NCBI GenBank assembly: GCA_016206485.1
Contig: JACQRL010000039.1
Coordinates: 1 to 39,782 of the forward strand
Direction of reading: 5' to 3'
DNA from: Planctomycetota bacterium
GTDB lineage: Bacteria > Planctomycetota > MHYJ01 > JACQRL01 > SBBU01
Length of the DNA: 39,782 nt
Shown: piece after piece, positions 1 through 9,245 of the stretch
Position numbering within the stretch: position 1 is the stretch's first letter
Layout: each line of letters opens with the position of its first letter
Made by a program: the position numbers and the translations under genes
Notes under the pieces: generated by a model
What the model saw: only the letters and a program-made list of their open reading frames with translations
The model's database searches: none
What the model was told of the DNA's origin: nothing

Positions 1-172
1 ACATGGGGCATGCGAAGTCCAATCACAATTTAGGTGTCGCCCTTTAATGCTGATGCAAGCACAAATCACAAAATTTTGAGAAAACCGCGAAAAGTACAGG
101 AAGAATTTGTTTCTTATCAGATGACTTGCTAAGACTTGTTAGACTCAATGGACTGTTTATAATGTCCGTTCG

Positions 173-1351
173 ATGAACACATCATATATTGTTGCGGCCA
201 AGAGGGCGCCGATCGGAAAATTTCTCGGCGTGTTTAAATCTACTTCAGCGGTTGAGCTCGCTGTGCAAGTGACAAAAAATATAATTGAAACAGCAAAAGT
301 CCCGTCAGACGCAATAGATGAAGTCATTTATGCAAACGCGCGACAGGCTGGCAACGGACCAAACATTGCAAGGCAGGTTACATACAAATCCGGGATCCCC
401 GTAAAGACCCCGGCATTCACAGTGAATAAGGCGTGCGCATCAAGTATAAAAACTGTTGTGCTCGGCCATCAGGCAATAATTTTAAATGACGCGGATATCG
501 TCTTGGCAGGCGGCGTTGAAAACATGTCTAAAACTCCTTTCATACTACCTGATCTGCGTACAGGGTTAAAGCTTGGACACACAACGCTTTATGACGGACA
601 GTATCTCGATGGGTTTGTGTGTCCTCTTTGCGGACTGCTTATGGGAGAGACTGCAGAGAACCTTGCAGAAAAGTATCAAATCTCGCGGGCTCAGCAAGAC
701 GAGTATGCATATAATAGCCAGATGAAGTGCAAGGCTGCAATGGAGAAAGGAGCATTTAAAGATGAGATCGCTCCAATTACACTTTCATCAAAAAACAAAA
801 CGGAGCTCATAACAACAGATGAGCATCCGAGGCCTGAAACAACCTTGGAAGGGCTCAGCTCGCTCCCGACAGCATTCAAAAAAAACGGCTCTGTCACAGC
901 AGGCAATGCATGCGGAATCGCAGATACGGCAAGCTCGGTATTGCTCGCGTCCGAAAACGCCCTGAAAAAATATAATTTTAAACCGATCGCCAGAATAATT
1001 GGATATTCCAGCTGCGGGGTCGATCCTAAATATATGGGAATCGGTCCTGTAGAGGCAGTCAATAAACTTTTAAAGAAAACCGGCATGAAGCTGAATGACT
1101 TTGGACTCATTGAACTCAATGAGGCCTTTGCTGTTCAGGTTCTGGCCTGCCAGAAGGATTTGGGGTTTGACATGTCAATAACCAACGTCAATGGCGGGGC
1201 CATCGCGCTGGGGCATCCTATAGGGGCAACAGGAGCAAGAATAATCACAACTCTGATTCATGAAGCAAGGAGAAAAAAAGTGAAATATGCTCTTGCAGCA
1301 CTATGCGTATCAGGCGGACTTGGAATGGCGGTCTCATTTGAGATTTTATGA
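173..1351 (+). CDS. acetyl-CoA C-acetyltransferase (thiolase II family)
   Basis: 392-aa ORF with ATG start. Thiolase hallmarks are visible: active-site Cys context VNKACASS, C-terminal NVNGGAIALGHPIGATGARI and CVSGGLGMA. Confidence 0.93.
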   Translation: MNTSYIVAAKRAPIGKFLGVFKSTSAVELAVQVTKNIIETAKVPSDAIDEVIYANARQAGNGPNIARQVTYKSGIPVKTPAFTVNKACASSIKTVVLGHQAIILNDADIVLAGGVENMSKTPFILPDLRTGLKLGHTTLYDGQYLDGFVCPLCGLLMGETAENLAEKYQISRAQQDEYAYNSQMKCKAAMEKGAFKDEIAPITLSSKNKTELITTDEHPRPETTLEGLSSLPTAFKKNGSVTAGNACGIADTASSVLLASENALKKYNFKPIARIIGYSSCGVDPKYMGIGPVEAVNKLLKKTGMKLNDFGLIELNEAFAVQVLACQKDLGFDMSITNVNGGAIALGHPIGATGARIITTLIHEARRKKVKYALAALCVSGGLGMAVSFEIL

Positions 1352-2718
1352 GCACAGACACAGAACATAAAAATCAAAATTCTGGAGAGAAAAACAACGG
1401 AACTCCAGTTACAAACGGCAACGGGACAGCCGCGACCCGACATAATCAAAATAAAAGTCTTCAAAAACTTGAACAGCTTTCTGATATAAAAACTGCGAGG
1501 CGATTAGAGCTCCTTCAGCCGCGCATAGCAGCAAAACGAATCAACGAAATGACGCGACCCGACATAGCCGATGTTGTAAGACACATAGACAGCGCTCTGT
1601 TTGCAGAGATGGCTCCATACATCAGCACCGACAAGTTGAAAGAAATCCTCCCGAAGATGGCCAGCAACGACCTGACAGAAATCGCCCTCAATCTTCCTTC
1701 AAACGAAAGAGAGAGGTTTTTCGACTGTCTTGCAACAGAGCAGGTAGAGACGATAAGACAGCAGCTTCTTTATCCAGAGGACACCGCCGGAAGCATGATG
1801 GACACAAAAGTAATCACCTTCCCAAAGTCTACCACTATCAATGAAGCAATAAGTAAAATAAGAAAAGCTCCGCACACCATGTACTCCTATGTATATGTTG
1901 TTGACGAGCACAAAAAACTGGAAGGGGTTGTTTCCCTTAGAAATCTTCTGGTTTCCGAAGGGAAAGTCACTCTTGAGCAGATAATGAATCGAGATATCCT
2001 TAAAGTCTCCGTACAAACAGATAGAAGGGAGCTTTCTTTGCTCATGCAAGAACATGAATACATGTCTCTTCCAGTAATTGATAGCAACGGAATGTTTCTC
2101 GGCATAGTACGACACGATGACGTTCTGAAGGCTGTTGAAGAAGAGGCGAGCGAAGATGTTCAAAAATTGTTCGGCGCAGGCGCTGATGAGAAAGTTACAT
2201 CTTCTATCAGATATTCCATGAAAAAAAGACTGCCGTGGTTGACGATAAATCTTATGTCTGCGTTTCTTGTTGCAGCTGTCGTATCCACCTTTGAGCATGT
2301 AATCGCCAGATATACTCTTATTGCCATTTTGATGCCAATAGTAGCCGGGCAGGGAGGAAACACCGGGTCGCAGAGCCTGGCTGTTATCATCAGAGCCCTT
2401 GCTCTAAAAGAATTAGAAGGACTTCCAGTTAAACTACTCATTAGAAATATTATCCTCGGACTGGCGAATGGAGCCTTGATTGCAACACTGACCTTTTCAG
2501 CTGTCTATCTGTGGCAGGGAAATTTTAAAGTCGCATGTATTATCTCTGCCGCCATGATTGTGAACATGACTGTCGCAACTCTGGCCGGAATGCTTATACC
2601 TGTGGTGCTGAAGGCATTTAAATTCGATCCTGCGCAGGGCTCCAGTGTAATACTCACTACTATTACAGACTGCACAGGTTTCGCCTCATTCCTCGGGTTC
2701 GCTCATTTATTTCTTTAA
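1348..2718 (+). CDS. mgtE: magnesium transporter MgtE
   Basis: 456-aa ORF whose ATG overlaps the thiolase stop (ATGA at 1348-1351). It has an N-terminal helical region and a CBS-pair-like segment (VYVVDEHKKLEGVVSLRNLL / LPVIDSNGMFLGIVRHDDVL). The C-terminal multi-TM domain carries PIVAGQGGNTGSQS, typical of MgtE. Confidence 0.9.
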   Translation: MSTDTEHKNQNSGEKNNGTPVTNGNGTAATRHNQNKSLQKLEQLSDIKTARRLELLQPRIAAKRINEMTRPDIADVVRHIDSALFAEMAPYISTDKLKEILPKMASNDLTEIALNLPSNERERFFDCLATEQVETIRQQLLYPEDTAGSMMDTKVITFPKSTTINEAISKIRKAPHTMYSYVYVVDEHKKLEGVVSLRNLLVSEGKVTLEQIMNRDILKVSVQTDRRELSLLMQEHEYMSLPVIDSNGMFLGIVRHDDVLKAVEEEASEDVQKLFGAGADEKVTSSIRYSMKKRLPWLTINLMSAFLVAAVVSTFEHVIARYTLIAILMPIVAGQGGNTGSQSLAVIIRALALKELEGLPVKLLIRNIILGLANGALIATLTFSAVYLWQGNFKVACIISAAMIVNMTVATLAGMLIPVVLKAFKFDPAQGSSVILTTITDCTGFASFLGFAHLFL

Positions 2719-2761
2719 ACTTCACAATCGGCGAATCTCTGCTAAAATCCGTAAAATCCTT

Positions 2762-3271
2762 ATGAAGAATCTCAGTCTGTCTGAGTTTTGCGAGCTGGTG
2801 TCTCAGCCGGGTTCGGCGCCCGGAGGCGGTTCCATGGCATTTCTCAATCTTGCCCTGGGCTGCTCACTTATATTAAAATCGCTTCCAAAAGACAGTCCGC
2901 AGGAAATTATCAGCAACATCAGATCTTCGATGAATACGTTCCTTTCTCTCGTGGAAAAGGATGCGCAGATATTTAATGAATATCTTAAGTCCAGAAAAGA
3001 TTCCTCCGTAATGGTTAAATCATGCATGGTTCTGAAAGAGGGGCTGGAAACACTCATAAAAATGAACCTGAAAGATATTAAGCAGCTGGAAGGTCACGTA
3101 AAGCAGGACATAAAAGTCGATTACAAATACGGAATGGATATCTTAAAATGCGCTGCAGATGGGATCCGCAGAACTTTGACTTCAAATCTCAACGGAATTT
3201 CTTCGTCAGCAGAAAAAGACAGATTTGCCCAGTTCATTAACGAGGCAGACAATTACTTTAAAACCCTGTAG
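2762..3271 (+). CDS. cyclodeaminase/cyclohydrolase family protein (FTCD C-terminal-like)
   Basis: 169-aa ORF. N-terminal SQPGSAPGGGSMAF resembles the PAPGGGS signature of the formiminotransferase-cyclodeaminase C-terminal family. Composition is helical. The family call is from memory of the motif only. Confidence 0.6.
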   Translation: MKNLSLSEFCELVSQPGSAPGGGSMAFLNLALGCSLILKSLPKDSPQEIISNIRSSMNTFLSLVEKDAQIFNEYLKSRKDSSVMVKSCMVLKEGLETLIKMNLKDIKQLEGHVKQDIKVDYKYGMDILKCAADGIRRTLTSNLNGISSSAEKDRFAQFINEADNYFKTL

Positions 3272-3274
3272 TTC

Positions 3275-3469
3275 ATGGAGCAGAAGCAAAAAAAGTCTAA
3301 AAGACGCCCCTACATCTGTGTTAACTTCGAATGCTGCAGGGTATACTCACGAATATACATAAATAGAAAAAGAGATGCGTTTGTCGGCTGGTGCCCAAAG
3401 TGCGGACACAAAGTCATCGCAAAAATATCAGAGGATGGAGAGGAAGGACCGTTCTTCACGGCATCCTAG
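3275..3469 (+). CDS. small zinc-ribbon-like hypothetical protein
   Basis: 64-aa ORF starting 4 nt after the upstream stop. A basic N-terminus is followed by Cys clusters (CVNFECC ... WCPKCGH), consistent with a 4-Cys zinc ribbon. No family recognised. Confidence 0.45.
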   Translation: MEQKQKKSKRRPYICVNFECCRVYSRIYINRKRDAFVGWCPKCGHKVIAKISEDGEEGPFFTAS

Positions 3470-3472
3470 AAT

Positions 3473-3570
3473 CGTGGAACATAGAACGTGGAATGTAGAT
3501 CATAGCACAGACAAATTTTCTGAGATTTCTTTTTCCTCCAAGATCTACGCTCTACGTTCTACGCTCTAAG
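3473..3570. repeat. inverted arrays of degenerate heptanucleotide repeats (CGTRGAA family)
   Basis: Left arm 3473-3507 reads CGTGGAA CATAGAA CGTGGAA TGTAGAT CATAGCA. Right arm 3543-3570 reads ATCTACG CTCTACG TTCTACG CTCTAAG, the reverse-complement orientation of the same family. The arms are about 35 nt apart, so an imperfect long stem-loop is possible. Located between two co-directional genes. Confidence 0.7.
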
Positions 3571-3574
3571 ATTT

Positions 3575-4366
3575 ATGGTGCAGATACTGCTCACCGCTTC
3601 AAGCGCCCATAAACAGATCATTCGCAATAGTTTTTACGCACTTTTACTCCTACTGATGGCGGCAGGCATTTTTTCCAGTCAATATATGACTTTATTTGAG
3701 TTTGGAAGAGACGTAAATCTTATGAGAGAGATTGCCCTCTCCACAATTTTCTTATGGATACTATTGTGTTCCATACTCAGCAGCAACATAGTAATATCAG
3801 AAGAAATAGACAATAAAATAACATACACTATTCTTACCAAACCCATTTCTTCTCATGGGTTTATCATAGGAAAACTTCTTGGTGTTGCCTCTGCCGTATT
3901 TTTCGGGGTTGTTTTGCTCACCTGCATAATGTTTTACTCCCTCTGGCTTAAATCCGGCAGCGACCTTGCGCTAAAATATGAATACTCGACAACCCAGACA
4001 TTCTGGGAGCATATGTACGCAAACTTTTTTGGCAAAGAGATTTTATTTTTTGCACAGACGCTTTTCCTGTCAACCTGCAGCACTCTGCTTCTGAGCTCGA
4101 TCTCGATATTTTGCTTTACCCTGATGTCGCAAAATATTGCTTTCATTTCCACCATAGTAATTGTTCTGATCAGCCAGCTTATACATGTGTTAATTCCGAC
4201 GGGCGGGCTGCTTCCTTCGCTGATAATCTTCCAGCTGCCGACAAGCATTTCTCAGGGACAAATCGTTTCGTTTGGTTTTATAGCGCTCTCAACTTTATAT
4301 TTAACAAGCTATATTATCTTCATAGTAACACTAAATTCGATATTATTTAGCAGAAGAAGTTTGTAA
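3575..4366 (+). CDS. polytopic membrane protein (ABC-2/NosY-type permease-like topology), function unknown
   Basis: 263-aa ORF with ATG start and about six long hydrophobic segments. No ATPase partner is present in the window. The family assignment is tentative. Confidence 0.55.
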   Translation: MVQILLTASSAHKQIIRNSFYALLLLLMAAGIFSSQYMTLFEFGRDVNLMREIALSTIFLWILLCSILSSNIVISEEIDNKITYTILTKPISSHGFIIGKLLGVASAVFFGVVLLTCIMFYSLWLKSGSDLALKYEYSTTQTFWEHMYANFFGKEILFFAQTLFLSTCSTLLLSSISIFCFTLMSQNIAFISTIVIVLISQLIHVLIPTGGLLPSLIIFQLPTSISQGQIVSFGFIALSTLYLTSYIIFIVTLNSILFSRRSL

Positions 4367-4370
4367 AAAT

Positions 4371-5093
4371 ATGAAATACGGCATACTAGGGGATATTCAT
4401 GCCAATCTGGAAGCGCTTCAGGTTGTCTTTGACGAGATGGAAAAGCAGGGTGTACAAAAGTACATCTCTGTCGGAGACGTAATAGGATATGGAGCAAATC
4501 CTCAGGAGTGCGTAGAGCTCTTGAAAAAGAAAAATACCTCAATAGTTGCGGGCAACCATGATCTTGCCATAGCAGGCAGGCTGGATCTTGCTTATTTTAA
4601 CACCTATGCAAAGGCTGCATGTCTCTGGACAAGACAAAACATGGATAAAAAGCTGGTTGAGGAACTAGGCAGGCTCCCAATGAAAATAACTGTTGATGAC
4701 TTTACGGTCGTTCACGCCACGCTATACAATCCCGAGCAGTTCGATTACATACAAACGAGCTATGATGCGCATTTATCATTTCTGTGTCAGGCAACAAAGT
4801 TGTGTTTTATAGGACATTCTCATATTCCTATAGTATTTTATAAAAACAAAACCGTAACATCCGACTTCTCGACAAAAATAGAAAGGATCCGCGCTGAAAA
4901 GATCCTTGTAAACGTAGGGGCAATCGGGCAGCCGAGGGATGAAAATCCGGACGCCGTCTGCACTGTATACGACTCAGACACCGGCCTTATCACAATCAAA
5001 AGACTTAAATATCAGGTTGAAATCACCTGTCAAAAAATAATCAAAGCAGGACTTCCCAGCGTGCTCAGTGAGAGACTGAAATACGGACGATAA
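4371..5093 (+). CDS. metallophosphoesterase (calcineurin-like, YfcE/MJ0936-type)
   Basis: 240-aa ORF with the ordered metallophosphoesterase motifs GDIHAN, GDVIGYGANP, GNHD and GHSH. Confidence 0.85.
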   Translation: MKYGILGDIHANLEALQVVFDEMEKQGVQKYISVGDVIGYGANPQECVELLKKKNTSIVAGNHDLAIAGRLDLAYFNTYAKAACLWTRQNMDKKLVEELGRLPMKITVDDFTVVHATLYNPEQFDYIQTSYDAHLSFLCQATKLCFIGHSHIPIVFYKNKTVTSDFSTKIERIRAEKILVNVGAIGQPRDENPDAVCTVYDSDTGLITIKRLKYQVEITCQKIIKAGLPSVLSERLKYGR

Positions 5094-5136
5094 AAAGAAG
5101 TACCAGAATATAGTATGTGGAATACAGGAGCAGTTT

Positions 5137-5766
5137 ATGAATAATGAAAATTCAACTCTTGCAACTCCAGCACTGTCTACAACCAAGACTAATATTTTGC
5201 GTAGACTTTATTACTGGACGCTTTCGCTGGCACAAAAAAAACATGCAGTCTCACTGCTTTTTATTGTATCGTTTATCGAATCAATATTTTTTCCAATACC
5301 ACCCGACATAATACAGATCGCGCTCTGCTACGCGAACCCGAAAAAATCATTCTGGTACGCGTTTGTCAGTCTTGTAGGATCGGTATCCGGCGCACTTGTC
5401 GGATATGCTATTGGATATATTGTAAAGGAGCCTATTATCAATTTTCTAACAGTGTATGTGACATCGCAAGGCACTGTCGACCAGGTGATACATTATTTCC
5501 AAATAAATGCGTTCTTCTGGCTATTCGCAGCAGCGTTTACTCCGATTCCATACAAAGTATTCACGCTAAGCGCCGGCATAATGCAGATTAATCTCTTGGT
5601 TTTTATCGTTGCGTCCATACTCGGCAGGGGCGGCAGATTCTTTCTCGTAGGAGGTCTTATATATCTCTTTGGAGATAAAGTAAAGCCTGTTATTGAAAAA
5701 AAATTGGAGTTTATAACGGTCACGCTGACGCTACTTCTTGTGTTGGGCGTTCTACTACTGAAATAG
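5137..5766 (+). CDS. DedA/YqaA family (VTT domain) membrane protein
   Basis: 209-aa ORF with multiple TM segments and the DedA-type motif SFIESIFFPIPPD. Confidence 0.8.
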   Translation: MNNENSTLATPALSTTKTNILRRLYYWTLSLAQKKHAVSLLFIVSFIESIFFPIPPDIIQIALCYANPKKSFWYAFVSLVGSVSGALVGYAIGYIVKEPIINFLTVYVTSQGTVDQVIHYFQINAFFWLFAAAFTPIPYKVFTLSAGIMQINLLVFIVASILGRGGRFFLVGGLIYLFGDKVKPVIEKKLEFITVTLTLLLVLGVLLLK

Positions 5767-5950
5767 TAAGTTTCGGTTGCAAGTCATTGATAAACAATAC
5801 CATGCAGTAGACAATTTCTATAGTAGTTATAGTCTGTAATATAAAATACTCTTATTAGACAAGATCTTGTACAAAGTTTCACTATTACATCCGCTTGCCA
5901 GACTGCAATAAAGTTGACCGCACCATTTAAAAAGCAAATATTACTACCCA

Positions 5951-7060
5951 ATGAAAATTGCAGTCCCAAAAGAAGTAAGAGAAGGAGAGAATCGGGTTGC
6001 GCTTATCCCTGAAACGACAGTAAAACTGGTTAAAGCCGGAATGACAGTAGTAATTGAAACAGGTGCTGGAACGGCATCCTCTTTTTTAGATAACGAATAC
6101 AAAAACGCAGGAGCGTCCATAGAAGCTGAGAGAAATAAACTGTTCGGAGAGGCGGATATAGTTCTAAAGGTAAACCCTCCAACATTGCAGGAGACAGATT
6201 TATACAAGCATGGAGGAGTATCTGTGTCGCTAGTATTTCCTCATTCCTGTGGAGAACTGCTTAAAAAGATGGCGGAAAAGAAAATATCCTCATTCTCGCT
6301 TGATCTGATACCAAGAATAAGCAGGGCGCAGTCTATGGATGTTCTGAGTTCCATGAGCTCTATTGCAGGGTACAAAGCAGTCATGATAGCAGCCGGGCAT
6401 CTGGGGAAAATTTTCCCTATGATGATGACAGCTGCAGGAACTATTTTACCTGCTAAGGTTTTTATTATGGGTGTTGGCGTTGCAGGCCTTCAGGCAATAG
6501 CGACTGCGAAAAGACTTGGAGCATCAGTTGAGGCGTATGATGTAAGACCTGCAGTTAAAGAGCAGGTTGAAAGTCTTGGCGCGAGATTTGTTTCTATATC
6601 TCTGGAAACAAAAGATGCGCAGGATGCGGGTGGATATGCAAAGGCGCAGTCAGAAGAGTTTTATAAAAAACAGCAGGAAATGCTTTCTAATGTGATAGCC
6701 TCGGCGGATGTAGTGATAACAACAGCGCTTGTCCCGGGAAAAAAAGCGCCGATTCTTGTCAAAGAAGATTCGGTCAAAAGAATGAAGGCGGGCTCGGTCG
6801 TAGTTGATCTCGCGGCAGAGCAGGGAGGAAACTGTGAGGCTACAGAACCGGGGAAAGAGGTTGTAAAGCATGGGGTTCTGATCAGCGGATTGAAGAATCT
6901 TCCCAGTCTTGTGCCGTTTCATTCCAGCCAGATGTTTTCCAGAAACCTGCACTCATTCTGCTCGCTGATTTTCAAGGAAGGAAAACTGAATTTAGATCTG
7001 GGAGATGAAATAATTAAGGCGACTTTAGTAACGCATAATGGAGAAGTGTTGTGGAAATAA
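5951..7060 (+). CDS. pntAA: NAD(P) transhydrogenase subunit alpha, part 1
   Basis: 369-aa ORF with alanine dehydrogenase/PNT-like layout and Rossmann motif IMGVGVAGLQAIATAKRLGA. It is immediately followed by pntAB and pntB. Confidence 0.92.
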   Translation: MKIAVPKEVREGENRVALIPETTVKLVKAGMTVVIETGAGTASSFLDNEYKNAGASIEAERNKLFGEADIVLKVNPPTLQETDLYKHGGVSVSLVFPHSCGELLKKMAEKKISSFSLDLIPRISRAQSMDVLSSMSSIAGYKAVMIAAGHLGKIFPMMMTAAGTILPAKVFIMGVGVAGLQAIATAKRLGASVEAYDVRPAVKEQVESLGARFVSISLETKDAQDAGGYAKAQSEEFYKKQQEMLSNVIASADVVITTALVPGKKAPILVKEDSVKRMKAGSVVVDLAAEQGGNCEATEPGKEVVKHGVLISGLKNLPSLVPFHSSQMFSRNLHSFCSLIFKEGKLNLDLGDEIIKATLVTHNGEVLWK

Positions 7061-7108
7061 AAAGAAAAAGACTTGATAGTTGTGAGTTGGCGGTTTTCAG
7101 GGGGAGTT

Positions 7109-7396
7109 ATGGATTTTAACGTGCTTGTTCAGGCCCTGACAATACTCACGTTGGCGATTTTTGTCGGATTTGAAGTTATCGCCAAGGTCCCTCCAACTCT
7201 GCATACGCCGTTGATGTCAGGTTCAAATGCGATCTCAGGTATTACGGTAGTTGGAGCTCTTCTTGCAGCAGGAGGCGGACACTCTCAGTTTGCGCAGATA
7301 TTAGGGGTGGTTGCCATCGCGCTCGCAATGATAAATGTGATGGGGGGATTTGTCGTTACAAACAGAATGCTTCGGATGTTCAAGAGGAAAAAATAA
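7109..7396 (+). CDS. pntAB: NAD(P) transhydrogenase subunit alpha, part 2 (membrane)
   Basis: Small hydrophobic protein (MDFNVLVQALTIL... GSNAISGITVVGALL) between pntAA and pntB. The ATG at 7109 is preceded by GGGGAG. The ORF-track start at 7073 is a TTG and is probably too long. Confidence 0.88.
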   Translation: MDFNVLVQALTILTLAIFVGFEVIAKVPPTLHTPLMSGSNAISGITVVGALLAAGGGHSQFAQILGVVAIALAMINVMGGFVVTNRMLRMFKRKK

Positions 7397-7398
7397 AG

Positions 7399-8775
7399 AT
7401 GGCAGAAGCATATATTAATCTGTGTTATCTTGTCTCATCAGCGCTGTTTATAATAGGGCTTAAGTGTCTTGGCTCTCCCAGAACTGCCAGGACAGGAAAT
7501 CTCATTGGATCATGGGGTATGCTGATCGCGATAGCTGCGACCTTGTTGGGTAAAAGTATATTGTCATATGAGCTTATTATTGTTGGCATTGTTGTAGGAT
7601 CTTTTCTGGGTGTTTTGCTTGCCTTGCTGGTCAAGATGACGGCTATGCCGCAAATGGTGGGTTTGTTGAATGGATTTGGAGGAGCTGCGTCATTATTGGT
7701 GGCAGGAGCCCAGTATATGACACAGGGTGAACAAAATATTTATGTATTAATAGGAATTGTGTTGAGCGTAGTCGTTGGAGCGGTTACTTTTACCGGAAGT
7801 GTGATAGCTGCGGCAAAACTTCAGGAGTTGATCAGTGGGAGACCGCTTGTTTATCCGCTTCAAAAAACCATAACACTGGTTGTAGCTATCGTGACCATCG
7901 GGTTTTCTGTGCTTCTTGTTCGGGAAATAAATAATGACTACCTTTATATTCTAAGCGCTATTTCCGGGTTATTGGGAATTCTTCTGGTTCTGCCGATAGG
8001 TGGCGGCGATATGCCGGTTGTTATTTGTCTGCTTAATTCATATTCAGGTATGGCCGCGATGTTCACCGGATTTACTTTTAAGACCCCGAATGCAATGTTG
8101 ATAATTACAGGATCGCTGGTGGGCGCGTCCGGAATTATTCTGACGGCTATTATGTGCAAGGCGATGAATCGTTCGATTTGGAATGTGATATTCGGAGGTT
8201 TTGGCCAGGTTCAGCAAGGGGGCGCTGCTGCTACAAAGGCGCATGGAAATATTAAGAGCGGTACAGCAGAGGATGTCGGAATGCTTTTAGATGGAGCGAG
8301 GTTGGCGATAATAGTTCCCGGTTATGGAATGGCGGTAGCTCAGGCCCAGCATGTTGTTAAGGAATTTTCGGACGCGCTTATGAAGAAAGGAGTTGACGTG
8401 AAATATGCGATACATCCTGTCGCGGGCAGAATGCCGGGACATATGAACGTACTCCTTGCCGAAGCGAACGTTCCGTATGACCAGCTTTATGAGATGGATA
8501 AAATCAATCCTCAATTTTCAGAGGCAGATCTTGTCCTGGTTGTCGGCGCAAATGATATAACAAATCCTTCGGCAAAAACAAACCAGAGCAGCCCGTTGTT
8601 CGGCATGCCGATTCTCGAGGTTGACAGGGCGCGCGCTATCGTTGTTCTTAAAAGAAGCATGAATCCCGGCTTTGCCGGCGTTGATAATGAATTATATTAC
8701 AACTCTAAATGCATGATGCTCTTTGGAGACGCGAAGAAGAGTTTGACCGATCTGATTTCAGCTGTCCGGCAGTAA
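7399..8775 (+). CDS. pntB: NAD(P) transhydrogenase subunit beta
   Basis: 458-aa ORF with an N-terminal multi-TM domain. The C-terminal NADP(H)-binding domain carries PGYGMAVAQAQH and VGANDITNP. Confidence 0.93.
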   Translation: MAEAYINLCYLVSSALFIIGLKCLGSPRTARTGNLIGSWGMLIAIAATLLGKSILSYELIIVGIVVGSFLGVLLALLVKMTAMPQMVGLLNGFGGAASLLVAGAQYMTQGEQNIYVLIGIVLSVVVGAVTFTGSVIAAAKLQELISGRPLVYPLQKTITLVVAIVTIGFSVLLVREINNDYLYILSAISGLLGILLVLPIGGGDMPVVICLLNSYSGMAAMFTGFTFKTPNAMLIITGSLVGASGIILTAIMCKAMNRSIWNVIFGGFGQVQQGGAAATKAHGNIKSGTAEDVGMLLDGARLAIIVPGYGMAVAQAQHVVKEFSDALMKKGVDVKYAIHPVAGRMPGHMNVLLAEANVPYDQLYEMDKINPQFSEADLVLVVGANDITNPSAKTNQSSPLFGMPILEVDRARAIVVLKRSMNPGFAGVDNELYYNSKCMMLFGDAKKSLTDLISAVRQ

Positions 8776-8833
8776 TATAAACGAATTATTGGTTGATCTG
8801 TCGCGAAAGCGCCATACTCATCTCCAAAGCTCA

Positions 8834-8875
8834 ACCCCTGACTTCTGAATCCTGAATACTGACTCCTGATTGTTG
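8834..8875. repeat. heptanucleotide tandem array (AYTNCTG family)
   Basis: Six in-phase heptads: ACCCCTG ACTTCTG AATCCTG AATACTG ACTCCTG ATTGTTG. CTGA recurs at exactly 7-nt steps (8838, 8845, 8852, 8859, 8866). Lies between the convergent stops of pntB and the HEPN gene. Confidence 0.75.
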
Positions 8876-8882
8876 TTTCCTT

Positions 8883-9245
8883 TCAGCAACTTTTCACTAT
8901 TTCTTTGAAGAGACTCAAATATTGAGGGAGCTTGACAAACAGTTTGTTGGCAAACTCTTCATCATATGAGTGAACAGCACTGTTTCTATCCTCAATCATT
9001 TCCTGCCAGAGTTTATCATCTTTGATCAGCGCCAGTTTAAAAGAGGATTTGAATGCCTCTTTGGGTGTCCTGCAAACAATTCCCTGGTCTCTCATTATCT
9101 CAGCAAGCGACCTCCAGGAAAGCTCAAAACAGATCTCAAACCGCTTGATTGCGGAATCTCTTATAGTAGTACTTTTTGGACAGGTCAATACTTCTTCCAG
9201 TCTGATAACAGCTAGCTTGAAAGACTCTATTCTATTCTTTGCCAT
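8883..9245 (-). CDS. hepT: HEPN-domain protein, HI0074-type nucleotidyltransferase substrate-binding family (HepT-like toxin)
   Basis: 120-aa ORF with the R-x4-H HEPN motif in RNSAVH. It overlaps the upstream MNT gene by 14 nt. Confidence 0.8.
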   Translation of the reverse strand: MAKNRIESFKLAVIRLEEVLTCPKSTTIRDSAIKRFEICFELSWRSLAEIMRDQGIVCRTPKEAFKSSFKLALIKDDKLWQEMIEDRNSAVHSYDEEFANKLFVKLPQYLSLFKEIVKSC

